DNA of 63,013 bases, filler included, from Choristocarpus tenellus KU-1152 (GCA_964200185.2; 10 parts of 10 records of this genome joined end to end with filler, not necessarily neighbours in it), one strand, 5' to 3'. Counted from the first letter of the whole stretch, positions 26,212 through 40,687 are shown. Notes: generated by a model from the letters alone, not told the origin. Numbers and translations: made by a program.

Positions 26212-29200
26212 CTAATCAGCCATGACTATTGTGCCCATCTTGCTCTTGGGCCTTACCTCTTCATCCTCCTCATCTTCTGCCTCTTCCTCTTCCTCATCGG
26301 TTGCACTACCCGATTCATCACTACCAGCTTCGATGTCGGCCTTGTAAAGTCGTTCTTCGTCCTATAATTTGGGGTTAGGAAGAGATTAACTCAATGATTA
26401 ATGATGCGGGAAATTGAAGCCTTGCTTGCCTTGTCGTCTTTCACTGCATTGGGGAGGAGAAGGAATAAACAACCCTAAATTAGAAGCAATTCAATCGGTT
26501 GACTTGACAAGCTATTCCATCAGTGTTGAAGAGGATCCTCCCAAACCTCTTCTCAATCTCTACTGGAATCCTCCACGGTTCCTGTTCACGAACAAGGGCG
26601 TGCCACCAGTATAGACCAGGAAGGTTTACCTATACCTTGTCATTTGTTTACAGTCAAAGCGGTGTTGGGAACCGAAATAATTTCACCTAAATTATTTAAG
26701 CCTTTTAGAAAATGTTTGACTAACGTAATTGAACTGTTGACACATGCCAGCCAGAAAAAGATCACCAGGCTGGAATGAGGCCCCTCTGAGGGGTGCAAGC
26801 TTTTGGCTTGCACCCCTTTTCCTGTGCTCCTTCTCCATCACCAGGGGAATGATCTCCTGAAATAGTATCTGAGATGAGCTATTGCTCATTTATGTCTTCT
26901 TGAGGGCTGAGGAATATATGTATATATATATATATGTTTCTCAGGAATTGACTATGAAGGGCAAAGATGGATTCCATCATGATTATTTCAAAAACCTCTT
27001 CTATTGTTACTAATACTCTCTATTGTCACAGGTACATACATACAATAAGAGAACACAGACAAATACATCAGTTATGACCTGTGAGTAGTGACATGTGGTG
27101 ATGGTGAAGGCACTAGGTTGTGTGACACACCGTGTATGTCTTCAGGAAAAGTGAAATATGCAACTGAATAACTAAACCTTTTCACTCACAATATCGGTTG
27201 TTCTCAAGTAATGGGCCTGAAGCATAAAATTATGTTACAGTCCACAGCACTTGATCAAAGCCTTGATACTCCCAACCTTCCCCCTCCCCTTCTCCAATAC
27301 ATATTTGCATCGTGTCATTAATACCTTACCAGAGTGAAAGTATCTTAGAGGGTACGAATTTTGCCCTGTTTGTCCATTTGAGGCTTGACTTCCCTCGGGT
27401 GTTTTATGGCATTTCCTACTCCGAAAGGTTTTCAAGTAGGTAAAATGTATATGTTATGAAAAAGTGTGTTTGGAACAAGGATATTGAATCTTCCTAACAA
27501 GTACAATAGCCAAATATACATCAAAATCGCAACATTGGATTTTGGCCCCCAAACGTACGCGGCTCTACCCTCTAAGATACTTTGACTCACCAACAAGATT
27601 TGTTAGGCTACTCAGAGAGGAAGACCCTCAACTACACCAAAAACGTCCAAAGGAAGTAGAGTATGTATTAGGTTCCTTGTTCAGTAGGAGATGTGAAGGA
27701 GGCTAGGGTATCATGGGTTGTGGGTGGGAAGGTACGGCATGCTAGAAGATGCAATGCCCCATGCCCTGGTTCGTCTGGCATTTTCTTCGAGTCAAAACCC
27801 ACACCTTCTGTCCCCTCCTCAAAGGGTGTTAGAAATAATATACTTCAATGTGCTGTTTACCTTGGACAAAAAATGGGAGTATTTCTACAACTCAAGAATG
27901 TATGTGAGGGATCAGCTGCATATCTCAAGGATTCAGGGAAACAAACAAAGGTTAGAGTTTAGTTGGCAGCATGGTACAACTGGAAGCTATCGACAGTACG
28001 TGGGTTTATATCATATCGTCAGTGATAGGAACATACCGCCATACCAACCCACCAACCCCCCACCTCTGGCAATCTACAATTTCTCATGAAAGTCAGCGCC
28101 ATGCTGCATATTGGAGGTCATTATTCATCCCTCTGTAGAGTACAGCAAGTAAGCACGCTGTTATTGTTGATAAACAAAAGTCAACAAGAAGTTTATACCC
28201 TGTTTCTCCATTAGCTTCTTTGTGCAGTTGGATAGCCTAGTGTGCTCTCTCTCTCTCTATCACGTTGCAGATGAGCTACACTCATTCTGCGTTTGTCATG
28301 GATAAGGAGGATAGGGGGGTGGTGACAATTGAACTGACAGCTGACACCCACCTTGAGTGCTGAAACAAGATCCGAATACCCTGGAACGAGGTCAATTCGG
28401 TACGTGAAGATAGAGTTATCTGCAATCACTTCCCACGAAAATTTGGCATCTCGTCCTGGTGGTTGTTCCTCCTCTGCATCCAAATCCCACCCCTGTACCA
28501 TGACCACCGCCACCAAGAAGGACACACACCACAGGATACAATCCAAGTAGCACCAAGAGTAAGGCACAACAGGCAATGCCATATATAAAAAAAGATCAGG
28601 ATGAAGGAAGGGCAGTAGCATGCACAAGGATATGGCTCATCCACCATAGCAATAAAACCAAGAAAATGTCATTTAGGCAGAGAATGATTGCGAAATCGTT
28701 CAATCACACACATTGCTGTGAAGGAATCCCTCAAGAAAAGTGCTAGGTTCAAGATATTGGAGTCCTTATGCGCTGACCTTCTTCTTAACAGTCTGACCCC
28801 CTGGGAGGTGACTAAGCATCCATCCCTCCATCCTCTGAGCAGTGGTTAGGTCACCGTTTTTGGGAATATACTGGTAGTAGACATCGGTGTAGGAAGCCAC
28901 CTCTGAGGTCCACCTAAGAAATGGAGCGACATCAAATATCAGTGCAGATCAATCTCAGAGCAGTTGTCACTGGGACATAGGGTTGTGTGAAGTTGTGTGG
29001 AACGTTCAGTGAGGGTAGAGATATCTGCTGCACCTGCTGTTTATCATGTTCTAGTTGACTGTTGAAGTAAAGTTGTGTTTCCTCACAGATCTAAAAAAAA
29101 ATAGTGGACACATTGTTGTGTATGCAGCACACAATCAATTCACAGGTTCAACCAGATAGAGAACACAACAGCACCGTGATCGAAATTTGATCTACCAGAC

Positions 29201-32200
29201 GAGTGAAAGTATCTTAGAGGGTACGAGTTTTGCCCTGTTTGTCCATTTGGGGCTTGGCTTCCCATGGGTTATTTTATGACATTTTCCCACTTCAAAAGTT
29301 TAGGAGTAGTTAAAATGTATACGTTATGAAACTTGTGTCCAGAATAAGGATATTGACACTTCCTAACCAACACGATAGCCAAAATAACATCAAAATAGTA
29401 ACATTGACTTTTGGCCCCCCAAATGGACGCAGCTCTACCCTCTAAGATACTTTGGCTCGGACGTGGATCCAGCAAGCCCTCTCAAACACGTGTACTAGGT
29501 ACATGTGGCATGGAGAACAGACTGCATCCCCCAGTTATCTCCCTCTGGGACCAGTTGCTCCCCATCCCTGAACCAGCATACGCATTCTTGTCCAGTTACC
29601 TTTGTACCATCTCTGCCGAAATGAGCTCCGTTGATGATACCCGTACTAAAGAGGGAGGCAACAGGTCAATAAATCCGTACTTTTTCATGTATCCTTTCAT
29701 GTGAAATATCATCTCACTTGCTGCGTATCTTCTTCCCAGGAATTAGGACCGCACGCCTCCTCGGCTTTCCCATGCAAAGTCCAAGGATGAGGTGGAAGGC
29801 CTTGACTATTAACCCAAGGAGTGGGAAGAACTTGCCGATAAACTCTAGCATGCACCACAAAAATACCACTAAAGTTAACAGGAAAATTGGAAACACATTT
29901 GAGCGGACTATTCTCATCACCTTGAACAGATGGGGATGAGAGCAAGGAGAAGGAGAGGGGAGGATAGCAGGGAGAGCAGGGACAAATGAATCACCACTGG
30001 CTCTAATGTTAGGAGTGCCGTTGAGTGGACAGGTAGATTAGAATGAATGCGGGTAGTTCTTCGTGTGTGGTGAAGGACAACACACCTGCCAAAAGTTGAG
30101 GAATGTTTGTTTACATGACACTAATACTCAGTCTGTTCCATGCATGTGTGAGAAGAGAAGATAGCAAATCATTGGGATGTGTCAAGGTCCTCAGAACACC
30201 GAAATATTCACCGGGGCACATGAAACTACTTGGTAGGGTACCCTCCCAAAAATTCATCAAACCGAGGAGGGCAACAATGAAACGTAGACTAGAAAGCAAG
30301 TACACTACTACTTCTCGTGAATCATATCCTCTACTTGTAACGCCCTCTCTCCGTACTTCTCTTCCCTGTTTGTCCTCTACAGCCTCTAGTTCCCACCAAT
30401 ATGCCATATGATGCTGCATAGCTGGCAATCTGATCTTGGTATGCAGAAGTTTTCTGTATGGATGTAGTGATCAAGTCGCTTTGCATTGACTCTGTGCCCA
30501 GGAACCAGCATGTGAAGCACAAGTGCAACAAGAGGGCCCATGGCAGCAGATTATTTACCTAGTCCTCGACCAAAGCAGTGTTGGGCATGTTGATTAGAGC
30601 ACATGTGAAATAGGCACAGGAGATCTGGCAGATTAACCAAAGACAAATGGACAAAGGGATACGACACAAAAAAACATCTCTGAATGTGCCTTGGGGGGAG
30701 GGTGTGACATGGGAGGCAGGCAACCAGCAAGTGACCAAGGTTGAAACAAGAATACGTCTATTTGTAGAACACAACAATGCACAAATGGATTATGGACCAG
30801 GTGGTCCTAGTTTTGTGGTTGATAGGTGAAACACACAATAACAAACTTCTTTTCAGCTACTGCAGTAGCATGTCCTTCCCCCTTTATTGGGATCAGCTTG
30901 GTGATGTAGCTAGGGTGTTGAGAAAAGTGTCAACAGAAAATAACGACTCTCTCTTCCTCCCAAAGTAAGCCATGGTGGAATACTGATCTTTTCAAAGCAC
31001 ACAACTTAAAATTTTCTGTTAGACAATGCCCATAGAATACCAGGACAAGGAGACGACTCCCAAATACGCAGGTCAGCATGAGCAATAGCCACCAACCAGA
31101 AACTGTGAAGGGGAGGCGACTCAGTACAAAACAACCCTTGGGGCAAGACTACACCTGTTGCTGCAAGGCATCCTCTCGGTGAGGAGGACGGCGGTAAAAC
31201 CGCAAGAGCATCATCTTGTCGACCCAGTACGTTAGTAGGAAGAAGAAGAAGGACAACGTATTCATTATGAAGAGTCCACCTGAGTACGCCATACTCACGA
31301 ATAGGAGTGTCAAGAGGTACGAGTATCGCACCTTTTATTCCAGTGAACAGAGGTGTGAAGATTCAGGACTCATACTTCAGCGTGGTGGCGTGAGTATGTG
31401 TGCATGCAGTGTGTTGGGGGGTGAGTGTGTACACAGCCATGCATGCGAGGTATGAGGAGCAAAGTTTCAATTTTTTGTGGTTTGCATTAAGTGATTGTAG
31501 AGTTTGATGGCAGAAACATTTTTTAATGTTTTGCAGGTTGCAAAACTTACTGAAGATGAGGAACTTTATGCAACAGGAACAATATGAAATAACAACTGAT
31601 AAGGGGTAGTTTTGCCCAATATCATGAAAGCCTGAATTGCAATTTAGGGACTTTAAATCTGCTGAGGAAGTGTCACAACTAAGGGGGGACTCAACACGGC
31701 AGTGTCTGCTCAGGAATGAAGAGAGTTGCAATAGAACTGATGGATGCAGGCTGGTTTGGCAGGAGGGATGAGAAGGCAGGTGAACCTAGGCAGAAGGTCA
31801 CACCGTGAAATCGAACACAGGCCCAACGAAGACTTCATTGAGGTCACTCTGCATGACAAACTCTCCTTGTTCTTCCATGACTGCCTTTGTAGCCTTCCTC
31901 CGCCTTCTCTTGCTGGATAATATTTGTTGGACACGTGAACGGGGTGTGGAGAGAGGTGTCTCAATTAGGTGATGCGATTTGCTGACCGAAGACTTGTGGC
32001 AGGTGACACATATGTGTCATCTCAACTAGTGGGCTGTAAACAGCAGGAGGTTTTAGGATAAGAGTTTGAACAAGATTGCTGAGGTCGAATCGAAGCAGTT
32101 CCAACTAGCTGTTTGTATTGTGTGCACCAAGTGCTCAAAGCATTCAGCGAGGATGGGGAACAATGGATTGGCCAATAGAAAACCAAATAACAAACAGTAA

Positions 32201-35200
32201 GCTTAGTCTTCATGTCTCAAAGCGAATTATTTGAAGCACTTGCTACCCACAATATTGTCGTGCAATGCATTTGTCCTCCGCTGGTCCTTCAAGTAAAGTG
32301 CTATAACACAACTCAGAAGCAGATATGCTTTGCGGTATCTACCCTCCATGCTCATGCTCCTTACCTCAACACGTAGTAATCTAAAAGTGGCCAGAGGTGA
32401 GGAGTAAGAGCGGCAAGGATATAGGAGATAATAAGCTGATTCCCCGCATCCACCTGTTTAGGGCAATGCCATTTGTCGAGGACATTTTGAAATAGCTTGA
32501 AAGGTAGGTAACATTGGTATGGTCCATTACTAAGCTGTTATGGGTAGATTAGGACTTTGTCAGTGAAGGAGTGAGTCAAAGTATCTGAGAGGGTAGGGCT
32601 GCGTCCACTTGGGGGCCAAAATCCAATGTTGCGATTTTGATGTAATTTTGGGTATCATGTTTGTTAGAAGATGTCAATATCCTTGTTCCAGATACACCTT
32701 TTCATAACGTTTACATTGTACCTACTCTGACATATTTTGGAGTAGGAAAATGTTATAAAAAAAAACTTGGGAAGCCAAGCCCTAAATGGACAAACAAGGA
32801 AAAACTCGTACCCTCTAGGATACTTTCACTCAATATCTGTCGCAGATCTCACAACAAGCCTCAGCATCATCTTAGTTGAACAGCGCACGACTACCTACAT
32901 AAATACCACTTGGTATTTGCTCAAAAGCATTTCTTATGCACCAGGGATGCCAGGTGATGCGCCTGACATAGACACCAAATCAGTGAGCATGTCAAGATGA
33001 CAGTGATAAGTTGGATTCACGAGGTAGAAAGCATACAATGTTCCATTGGAGTTGGAGCATTGCAATACATATACATATAAACATATACAGATCTTGGTGA
33101 GTTTGTTAGTCCACTGACTTTCAAACTTGGACTGAGTGAAAGTATCTTAGAGGGTACGAATTTTGTCCTGTTTGTCCATATGGGGCTTGGCTTCCCATGG
33201 GTTTTTTTTATTGATATTTTACCTACTCCAAAATGTTTCGGAGTAGGTAAAATGTATATGTTATGGAAAGGAATGTCAAGACAAGGATATTGACATCTCC
33301 TAACAAACATGATAGTCAAAATTACATCAAAATTGAAACATTGGATTTTGGTCCCCAAATGGACGAGTCTGTACCTACTAAGATACTGTGGCTCACTGAT
33401 AGTAATCTGCTCTCTAGGTTATCCATAAACTCCAATTGGTGAATGTAATCATGCCTCAATGTCATAGTCCTACACGGACCAACATCTAGTAAGTTTTGAG
33501 TGAGGCAACGGAGAGACTTGTGAAAGTATTAAAAAGGGATTGTTTTCATGAAAAGAATCGTGGATGAAATGTTCTAGCTACAATGTTGAAACCATTTTTA
33601 GGCAGGGGGATGACCAGTTACGACAATAGTCATTCCTGCTCACTTCAAGCTCTCCAGAAGGAGAATCGAAAAATTGTTGAATCATGGATAGGAGACAAAA
33701 CACAGGGGGAAGGACCGCTTGTTCAAATCAATAGACTTGAGGTTGAAACCACAAAACAGGAGGGAACAATTGCTCTTACAAAAATAAATGAAAAAATACA
33801 ATATTCGGTGGGAAATCAGCACCAACCCTTCGTAACAGGAAAATGGCATTGGTAGTATCCAGTATATATACTATCAACAATTTATGAGCATTCATATGAA
33901 ACTTGAGATTGATAGAGGTAATAACACTTTACCCCCTCGAATCAATGCACAATATACTCGTATAGCATGTACACTACATCTTTAGAGTACAATGTATAGA
34001 GACAGATTGCCAGATACAAAAAAAACGCTCAAAGACTACTCTGTAGCTTTCTTTCTGTCTCTGCCTCCCACTTTACAGTGACCTGCAAAATTTCAGTGCT
34101 CTTTTGACACATCCCATCCAGTATGTACATATCTGTTGCATGGTAGCAATCTTGGTACGAAGTCTGCAACTTTGGTATGACGTCACTTTCTTACCTGCCA
34201 TGCTCGAGAAAAATCATTGTAACGTCCTGTGAATATTTTGAATTCCTGCAAGATACTTGGGGTGGTGTAACCCTCAGGTGCCGTGCCGTACACCAGCAGA
34301 AACAGTATGGCTGTGTTGATGAACTGCAGGGGGGATTAAGGAGGGGAGCGATGCAGCTGTATCCAGGGTAAACTCATCGAGGAATCATTGGGGAACAACA
34401 AGTTGAATCGTGAATCGAGAGCATTGTGCTTAATCACTACACTTGTGTGCTTCCTGAGAGTCAAAGTAAACGAGAGGTACCCAGTTTTTGGCAGTTTTGC
34501 GTTTTTACCCAGTTTTTCAATCTTTTGTAACTCACCCAAATTTCTATGGACGAAATGTTAAATTTGGCTTGAGGGGGTATCTTTTTCTATTGTTTGAAAA
34601 TTTTCGCTGCAGTTCGGAATATCCTACCCACATTTGTAAAAAAAGTCGAATTTTGAACATATTTGTCAACATCCTTAAAATGCAACTCTGGGCACCTCTC
34701 GTTTACTTTGACTCTGAAGCAGTAGTTATGAGGAAAGGGGATCGCCACTGTCTTGCTACCACCTGTCTCAACTTGTGCTCCAAAATGCCTTCTCCACAGT
34801 TGCTTTCTTGGAGACGATTCAAGCAGGTAGGTACTGCTAGGACTTGAGTATTGATATTAATGGTATTTTTCCTGTGTGATTATTGTAATAACACAAACAA
34901 GACCCAATGTAAATGGCTCCCCAAAACATAAGGGAAATTAAAGGTAGTGGAAGCTAAGAATATATGCTACGATAAGAACCGGAACATAGACTCAAAGCCT
35001 GAAGGAGAAATCTTGCTTTTGTTGTTTCAAAGCCCCTAACATAGTTTCAGCCAGTATTTTCGCAAGCAATAAAATGTGGCAATGTTGCAGAAGGAGATAC
35101 TCGCGGCCAACAATTGAGTTGAGGTGTTGGTATATGGTATGAGACTTCAGGTTGGGTGCAAGGTATATGGGCGAAAATTGGAGCATTGTACTTCAGGGAA

Positions 35201-38200
35201 CAGTTGATGTACTCCAAAGCAGTTCATCTCTCTGGTTGAGGGTGTTTCGACATGTGCTCAACTTTGCATGCCCTCACCTGTGTCTGGAAGACGCCATACA
35301 TCAGGCGTGAAGCAGTCTCATCATCGCTGGTATTGTTCTCCCAAAGGACGAGACCAGTCAAAGAGGATTCCAGGAGGGAGTTGATGGCGGGTGTCACAAA
35401 TGAGATAAGGAGGTTGAGGACCTTGGCAAATACAAAAGCAATGACAAATGCCCCGCAGAGATCTGAATCATTGCTCCTCAGGTCCTTTGCTGCCTAGCAA
35501 TTCAAGTAGTGACAAGCACGTAGGAGTTGAGAGGGAGAGGACAGTGAGCCTGTGAAAGTGAGCATGGTATGAGGTGAAGGGAGAAGGTCCATAGTATCCT
35601 GGAGGGAGTTTCAGTCGCCCATTCGGGGCAAGTATCACCCTGCAGTGATTTTCATGTCATTTGAGTTAATGTGTCAGGTTAAAAATAAATTTCCATCATC
35701 TGAATATGTCTTCTTTTTCTATCCCCCTGCCTGAAACAAACTCAAAGGAAAATCACCCACACGGTGAGTATCAAAACGGGGTGCCTTAAAACACCCCACC
35801 AAGCCCTGAATAGACAAACTGGGCAAAGCACCCCACCTCCTCTAGGATACTATGGGCCAGAATGACTCAATGTGAGAGTGCAAGGGGGTAGAGTGTACGA
35901 TGGGTGAAGACACCAAATCCATGCAACAGAGGGAGGAACACCTCAGATCCAAAGCTGGTGGAGGGACACACAATGTTTTTCTTATTGCCTCATTTTTCCT
36001 GGTGAAGCTGGTGTGCCTAATTCAAAGTGAGGCACAAGCATCACTAATGGGTCACTAACGGCAGGAAATAGTAAGATCGTATATTGGAAGGCGATTAGAC
36101 GGGCCCATAATGTTGCACATATTTTGTGTCCCATGTGGCAGAGTTGGATACAGGGCTATTCCCAAATATCGAACAACAGTGGCTCATTGTGCTGTTCGCA
36201 GCATCCTGGGTAACTGGAACCCACCAAGTTGCTGACTGTACTTCGAGGGAAGTAGGCAAAGCATTGCTGGTGGCTTCTTCCTCTCTCTCCCTTTCTCCCT
36301 CTCTTTCATTGCGTATCATTCTCTACCCAGACCGAATCACTTCTAAAGACTATAGATGCTGGCAATACACCTCGACCAGACATGACTCACTGAGATGATG
36401 TTGCCCTCGGCCTGATTCCCCCAAAGTCGTCCATAGCAATAGCATCCTGACACCTTCAGTACGAGGAAACGGAACATCAGATACTCTGGGGCACCTTTGG
36501 CATATGGACACAGAAAGTTAGACACTGTGGAGCACAAAAAGGGGTAGGAAAGAAGGAAGAAGGGTCCTGGACTGTACCACAGGAGATGCATCACAAATCA
36601 AGGATGTCTCCGTACTTGACTGCAATATACCAAAGTCTATCAACACAGAAACTAATGTGTACTGACCTTAAGTATCTGGGGGGCGGGGCGGGGGGCGGTC
36701 TACACCAGGGTGTCCATTTGGGACAAAACCAGGAAAAGTGCACTTACATCATTCACCATCCAACGTATGCAACCAAATCACATAAAAATCGCGACATGAA
36801 AAAATTTACCCCAAATGGACAGCCGCCACCCCCCCAAGATACTTTGAGCCACCCTCCACACTACACCATCTCACTGAAGTAACTGAAAACTGGGGCTTGA
36901 GAGAAGGAAATAAAACGACCACCGTGACACCCTCATGCTCACACACGCACTCGGGTGCATTCACAAATATGCTTGCACACACTCTGCACTCAATCGAATG
37001 AAGTGATGCTAGCAATGTTCTCGGTGGATTCACAACTTACTTGCAAGGATACTACACAGTTGGTATGCATATACTGGGGAAAACAAGGGACTATTATCAT
37101 ACGCCACTTATTCGCAACAGCCCACAACTTTCGTGGGCAGGAATACTCTATCATGTGCCACTTGGATGGGCTTCAACTACAAAAACGTTTCCAGCACTAC
37201 CTCCCTTATGGCCTAGTGGGATATAATGCATCACACTCATGTCTAGAGTAAGAATCACCATCCCTACAAAGGGGTGTATTAGAGTTAGAGTCTTGATTAT
37301 CTTTGCTATTCCTCTAGACTCACGGGGAAAAGCAGGGGACATGGGTGTTCTTGAGGGAAGTACTCCATACAACACATTTGTAAACCATTTTGGGTCAGAC
37401 TTGAAAATCCCTTGCCCCTTAGGAAAAGAAAACACAAACCAAGAGGTAGTGCTATGTGGTGACCTATACCTGGATGTTCCATGACAGCAATTGGGTGAAA
37501 TTCTTTCTCCCTTGGACTTCTTAAGCCTGTTTTTGACTCACAGTAGAGAAGGTGAAATCGTTACAGGAGTCATCATCCTCGTACATATCACATGCCAGGA
37601 TGGCACAAGGTTGTACATTCTGGGCAGAGGTGCAGGGGCAATGAACCTCATCCCCTGCCATTGGACATACATCGTCCCCTGGATCGCAAGCTGAAAGTGT
37701 GTAGTTTAGTGCTGGGGACTCCCAACTTCCGCCCCGAGATTCATATGAGCAAAAAAGGGGAGCAACCAAATAGATACGGAGATAGGGCGTATGAGTAGAA
37801 TAATATGTGTCAATTAGTGGGTATTGGAGGAATAGGGAAATTTAATTCTAGAAACGTGAAGACAAGGAACGAGGTAAACGGGCTAAGGCCAAGTATTGCA
37901 TTGTTTGAGGGGAAGTACAGCTGTTCACTTGGGGGTTGTATTATCACCTCGGCCTTAACAAAGTGAACCAGTTCAGTGGGGTCCTTTTTTCCTGCTGAGG
38001 AAAAGGCAGGCCTTGATCAATTCTTTAGATCTTTCGCTGGTCCACCTCACCTTTCCTCCCCACTTGCTTCGGTGTAGACAATGTAGGCAGCAGTGTCGTC
38101 ATCCAGGGCCTCCACACATAACTCGTCAAAGCTAGATCTGTAGCTCTGGTCTGGCCGTACTAGTGCAATATCATCTGCGAGGTTTGCCACCCTTGAATAA

Positions 38201-40283
38201 TTATTGTAGTACAGTGCTGGGACCTGTTGTTGGTGGTGGCAAGATACCAGGCCACAATAGAAGGGAACGACAGTGGGTGCGGTATTCATACAGTAAGGTC
38301 CTTAGTGCAGAGGACAGATGGGATGGCGAAAGCAGTAAGGGGATTTCATTCTGTAATAACAAAGCCTTGACACGTACCACGGACCACCAAACATATTGTG
38401 GTGGAGTATCGGGGCTACAGAGCATAGTGGCGGGAGAAATAATTGCCGTAGGTTGAGTGCGACCAGACAGGTCAGAATCACGGGAAATTGGGAGTGGGGC
38501 ACAAAGAGTGTCGAACGAAGCAGTAGCACACACGCCTGTCCTGTTATGCCTACTTTGAAGTATCAGAAATTGCCACCCCCTCCCTGCATACACAAAATGA
38601 AATTCGCACTGTACACGTATGCATGCATGATCTAATTTGTGTGCTGACACATGAAGGTCACTAGGAATACTGACACCAAGATTCATGACACAATCACAAG
38701 AGATACTATTGAGAAGGCAGGGCAGGTTGAAGGCCAGCAGTATTCTATCGACCAAATGTTGTATCTAGGCGACTGAATTGGTATAAAAATCATTTTTCTT
38801 ATGTTGCCCCTTACCCCCTAGCCTTGAAATCACCCAGCAGCCCTCTCACATTCCTTCCCCCTTTCTCACTACTTTCAATTTCCCTTTTTGCTCATATTGG
38901 ACCCTCAACCCACCCTACACCATGGATACCCTGGCCGCTTCTTCCTGCCTAATACACATAAAAAAACACCTCACCTCAGACTCACAGTACTCAATTTTGG
39001 GCACAATAGCACTGTAGGTGTCCTGGACACCATTTATACCCAGTACAACTGCAAAAGACAGCAAGAGGAGCACAAACGATACCAGGGATGTGCAGTTCTG
39101 ACGCCACCAGCGCTTGGTTTTGCTGAACTCAAGGTTTTCCCAGATAATGTTGTCCGGCTCAGGTGCCTTTACCACCTATCGTGTGGAGGCAGCAGTGGTT
39201 GGCCAGGTCTCAAGAGGTACAAGGGAGAGAATGCCTGCAGGAAGTGGGCTAGTATTCCTTCCTTGACGATCTTACATACTCATGTGCAAAACTATTATTC
39301 TGGGAGTGTCTTGTTCTCTGCAGTTTTTCCCATGCACAGGTGAATGTGATCTATATCCCACCCTTCTTCACATGGGTTAGTCCCACTGTCAAGATTCTAC
39401 ATGTTTCAGCCCAGAAAAGGGTGCAGTAAAGATCTTGGGAAATGAAGCAGGTAGGGGAGGCTTGAGAGAGAGGAGCACCATTGCATTGGGGGAGGTGATA
39501 GAAATGCGCATTTTTTTATGGCCTGGAATACCTCTTCTTTGCTGCCATAGTATGACCACCCAGGCATGAACATATAGTGTATTGCACGCCCACCTTAGCA
39601 TCATGCCATATCCGGCAGGCAATGAATACAATGCAGGGGGTGGATTGATGAGCATATGCTCTGATACTTTAAAACCCAATCTACTCAAAGATGGAAAATC
39701 ATGGTGCGGACACACAAACATTCTGTCTCGGAACATCGCTCCATCCTACCAACCCTGAACAACAATGTTTGCAAGGGGGGTTGAGGTGTAGGGCTGCCGT
39801 GAAAGCAGACACCCTGAGACACTCACCTTAAGTTTATACCTTCCCTCAAACTTGAGCTCCTTTGGGTACTTCCAGCCGATGTTAGAAAAGTCTTCCATGC
39901 AGCGATGCAAGCTCAGTGGGTGGTTAAACAGGATAAAGCATCCCACACAGGCCTTCAGTGTGTTGTATGGAGTAAAAGAGCAAGGAGCAAGGAAAATACT
40001 CTGAGGGTAGCATCTTGTGGCATTGTGGTTGCTAGGAGAGCCAAGACCTGTGTTGTGACATCACTATGAGTTGCCATACATGTAATTTCTCCAACCAAGA
40101 GATCTTGCTTCCACCGTTTCATAGGCCATATTGTTACCTCACCTGCTTGGCATCTATATCCTTCCGGGCCTCCATAATCTTGTCAGTGGTGGCGGCAATT
40201 TTTTCACCCAATGCATCAGCCGCTTTCACACCTTTCAAAAAGAGCTTAGGGTCGGCTCCACGTCCTTCTTGCAGGGGGGTGCC
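26212..40283 (-). CDS. OSCA/TMEM63/CSC1-like multi-pass ion channel, 5'-truncated. Exons (5'->3'): 40283-40143, 39952-39827, 39175-38975, 38223-38051, ~37725-37542, 36453-36391, 35493-35278, 34323-34195, 32453-32365, 31912-31804, 31331-31155, 30558-30397, 29920-29718, 28913-28778, 28492-28352, 26361-26212
   Basis: Manual splicing gives one open frame with GCFILFN, KAPEPDNIIWENL (OSCA hallmark), QFINTAILFLLV, YNDFSRAW, QSDLNEVFVGPVFDFTVRYSYLL..SMAYSGG, YWVDKMMLLRFYRRPP, LLPWALLLH and an acidic C-terminus. All junctions are GT-AG; the acceptor at 37725 is the least certain. Confidence 0.88.
27332..27588 (+). mobile_element. MITE family 1, full copy (~257 bp), TSD ACCA
   Basis: TIRs GAGTGAAAGTATCTTAGAGGGTA / TACCCTCTAAGATACTTTGACTC; ACCA on both sides; intronic. 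Confidence 0.93.
29201..29458 (+). mobile_element. MITE family 1, full copy
   Basis: Same TIRs; flanks AGAC/GGAC; intronic. Confidence 0.92.
32573..32831 (-). mobile_element. MITE family 1, full copy (inverted)
   Basis: GAGTCAAAGTATCTGAGAGGGTAG...GATACTTTCACTC; intronic. Confidence 0.92.
33134..33394 (+). mobile_element. MITE family 1, full copy, TSD ACT
   Basis: Same TIRs; ACT on both sides; intronic. Confidence 0.92.
34458..34714 (+). mobile_element. MITE family 4 copy, TSD TGA
   Basis: TGA|GAGTCAAAGTAAACGAGAGGT...ACCTCTCGTTTACTTTGACTC|TGA. Confidence 0.88.
35586..35858. mobile_element. MITE family 3 (single copy), TSD AGAA
   Basis: AGAA|GGTCCATAGTATCCTGGAGG...CCTCTAGGATACTATGGGCC|AGAA. 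Confidence 0.82.
36664..36850 (+). mobile_element. MITE family 2, full copy
   Basis: GACCTTAAGTATCTGGGG...GATACTTTGAGCC; intronic. Confidence 0.88.
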
Positions 40284-40526
40284 CTACATAAATAATGTTA
40301 GAAATTGGTTGTAAGAACTCTGATGTGAGAAGAAATGGTGATGTCAAATTGAGACAACATTTTAGCAAGTAGGTATTGAGTTCAAACATAAGTGTCATCA
40401 TACAGCACCCATAGATGTTCACTTTCAGGGAGGGGCTCCAAATTTCCAAGCTACTTGAGTAGAATAATAAAATTTGTCCCCACTCACCCCCTACAAAGTC
40501 GAACAGGTATAAAGGGTGGAGTGGAA

Positions 40527-40687
40527 GAGTGAAAGTAGGAAAAATGTATAGGTTATGAAAAGGTATGTCTAGAACAAAGATATTGACACTTCCTAACAAA
40601 CACGATCGCCAAAATTACATCAAAATCGCAACATTGGATATTGGCCGCCACACGGACGCGGCTCTGCCCTCTAAGATACTTTGACTC
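40527..40687 (+). mobile_element. MITE family 1, internally deleted copy
   Basis: GAGTGAAAGTA joins directly to the internal GGAAAAATGTATA; the 3' TIR is intact. Confidence 0.88.

Noticed and set aside
29600-29645. Extra 46-bp exon in the OSCA-like gene
   Set aside because: The flanking exons join in phase without it, and including it shifts the frame.
33017-33358. Recurrent small ORFs of the type 'KIQCCNFDVILTIVFVRKCQYP' as a gene family
   Set aside because: They are chance translations of MITE family 1, and frames and stops differ among copies.
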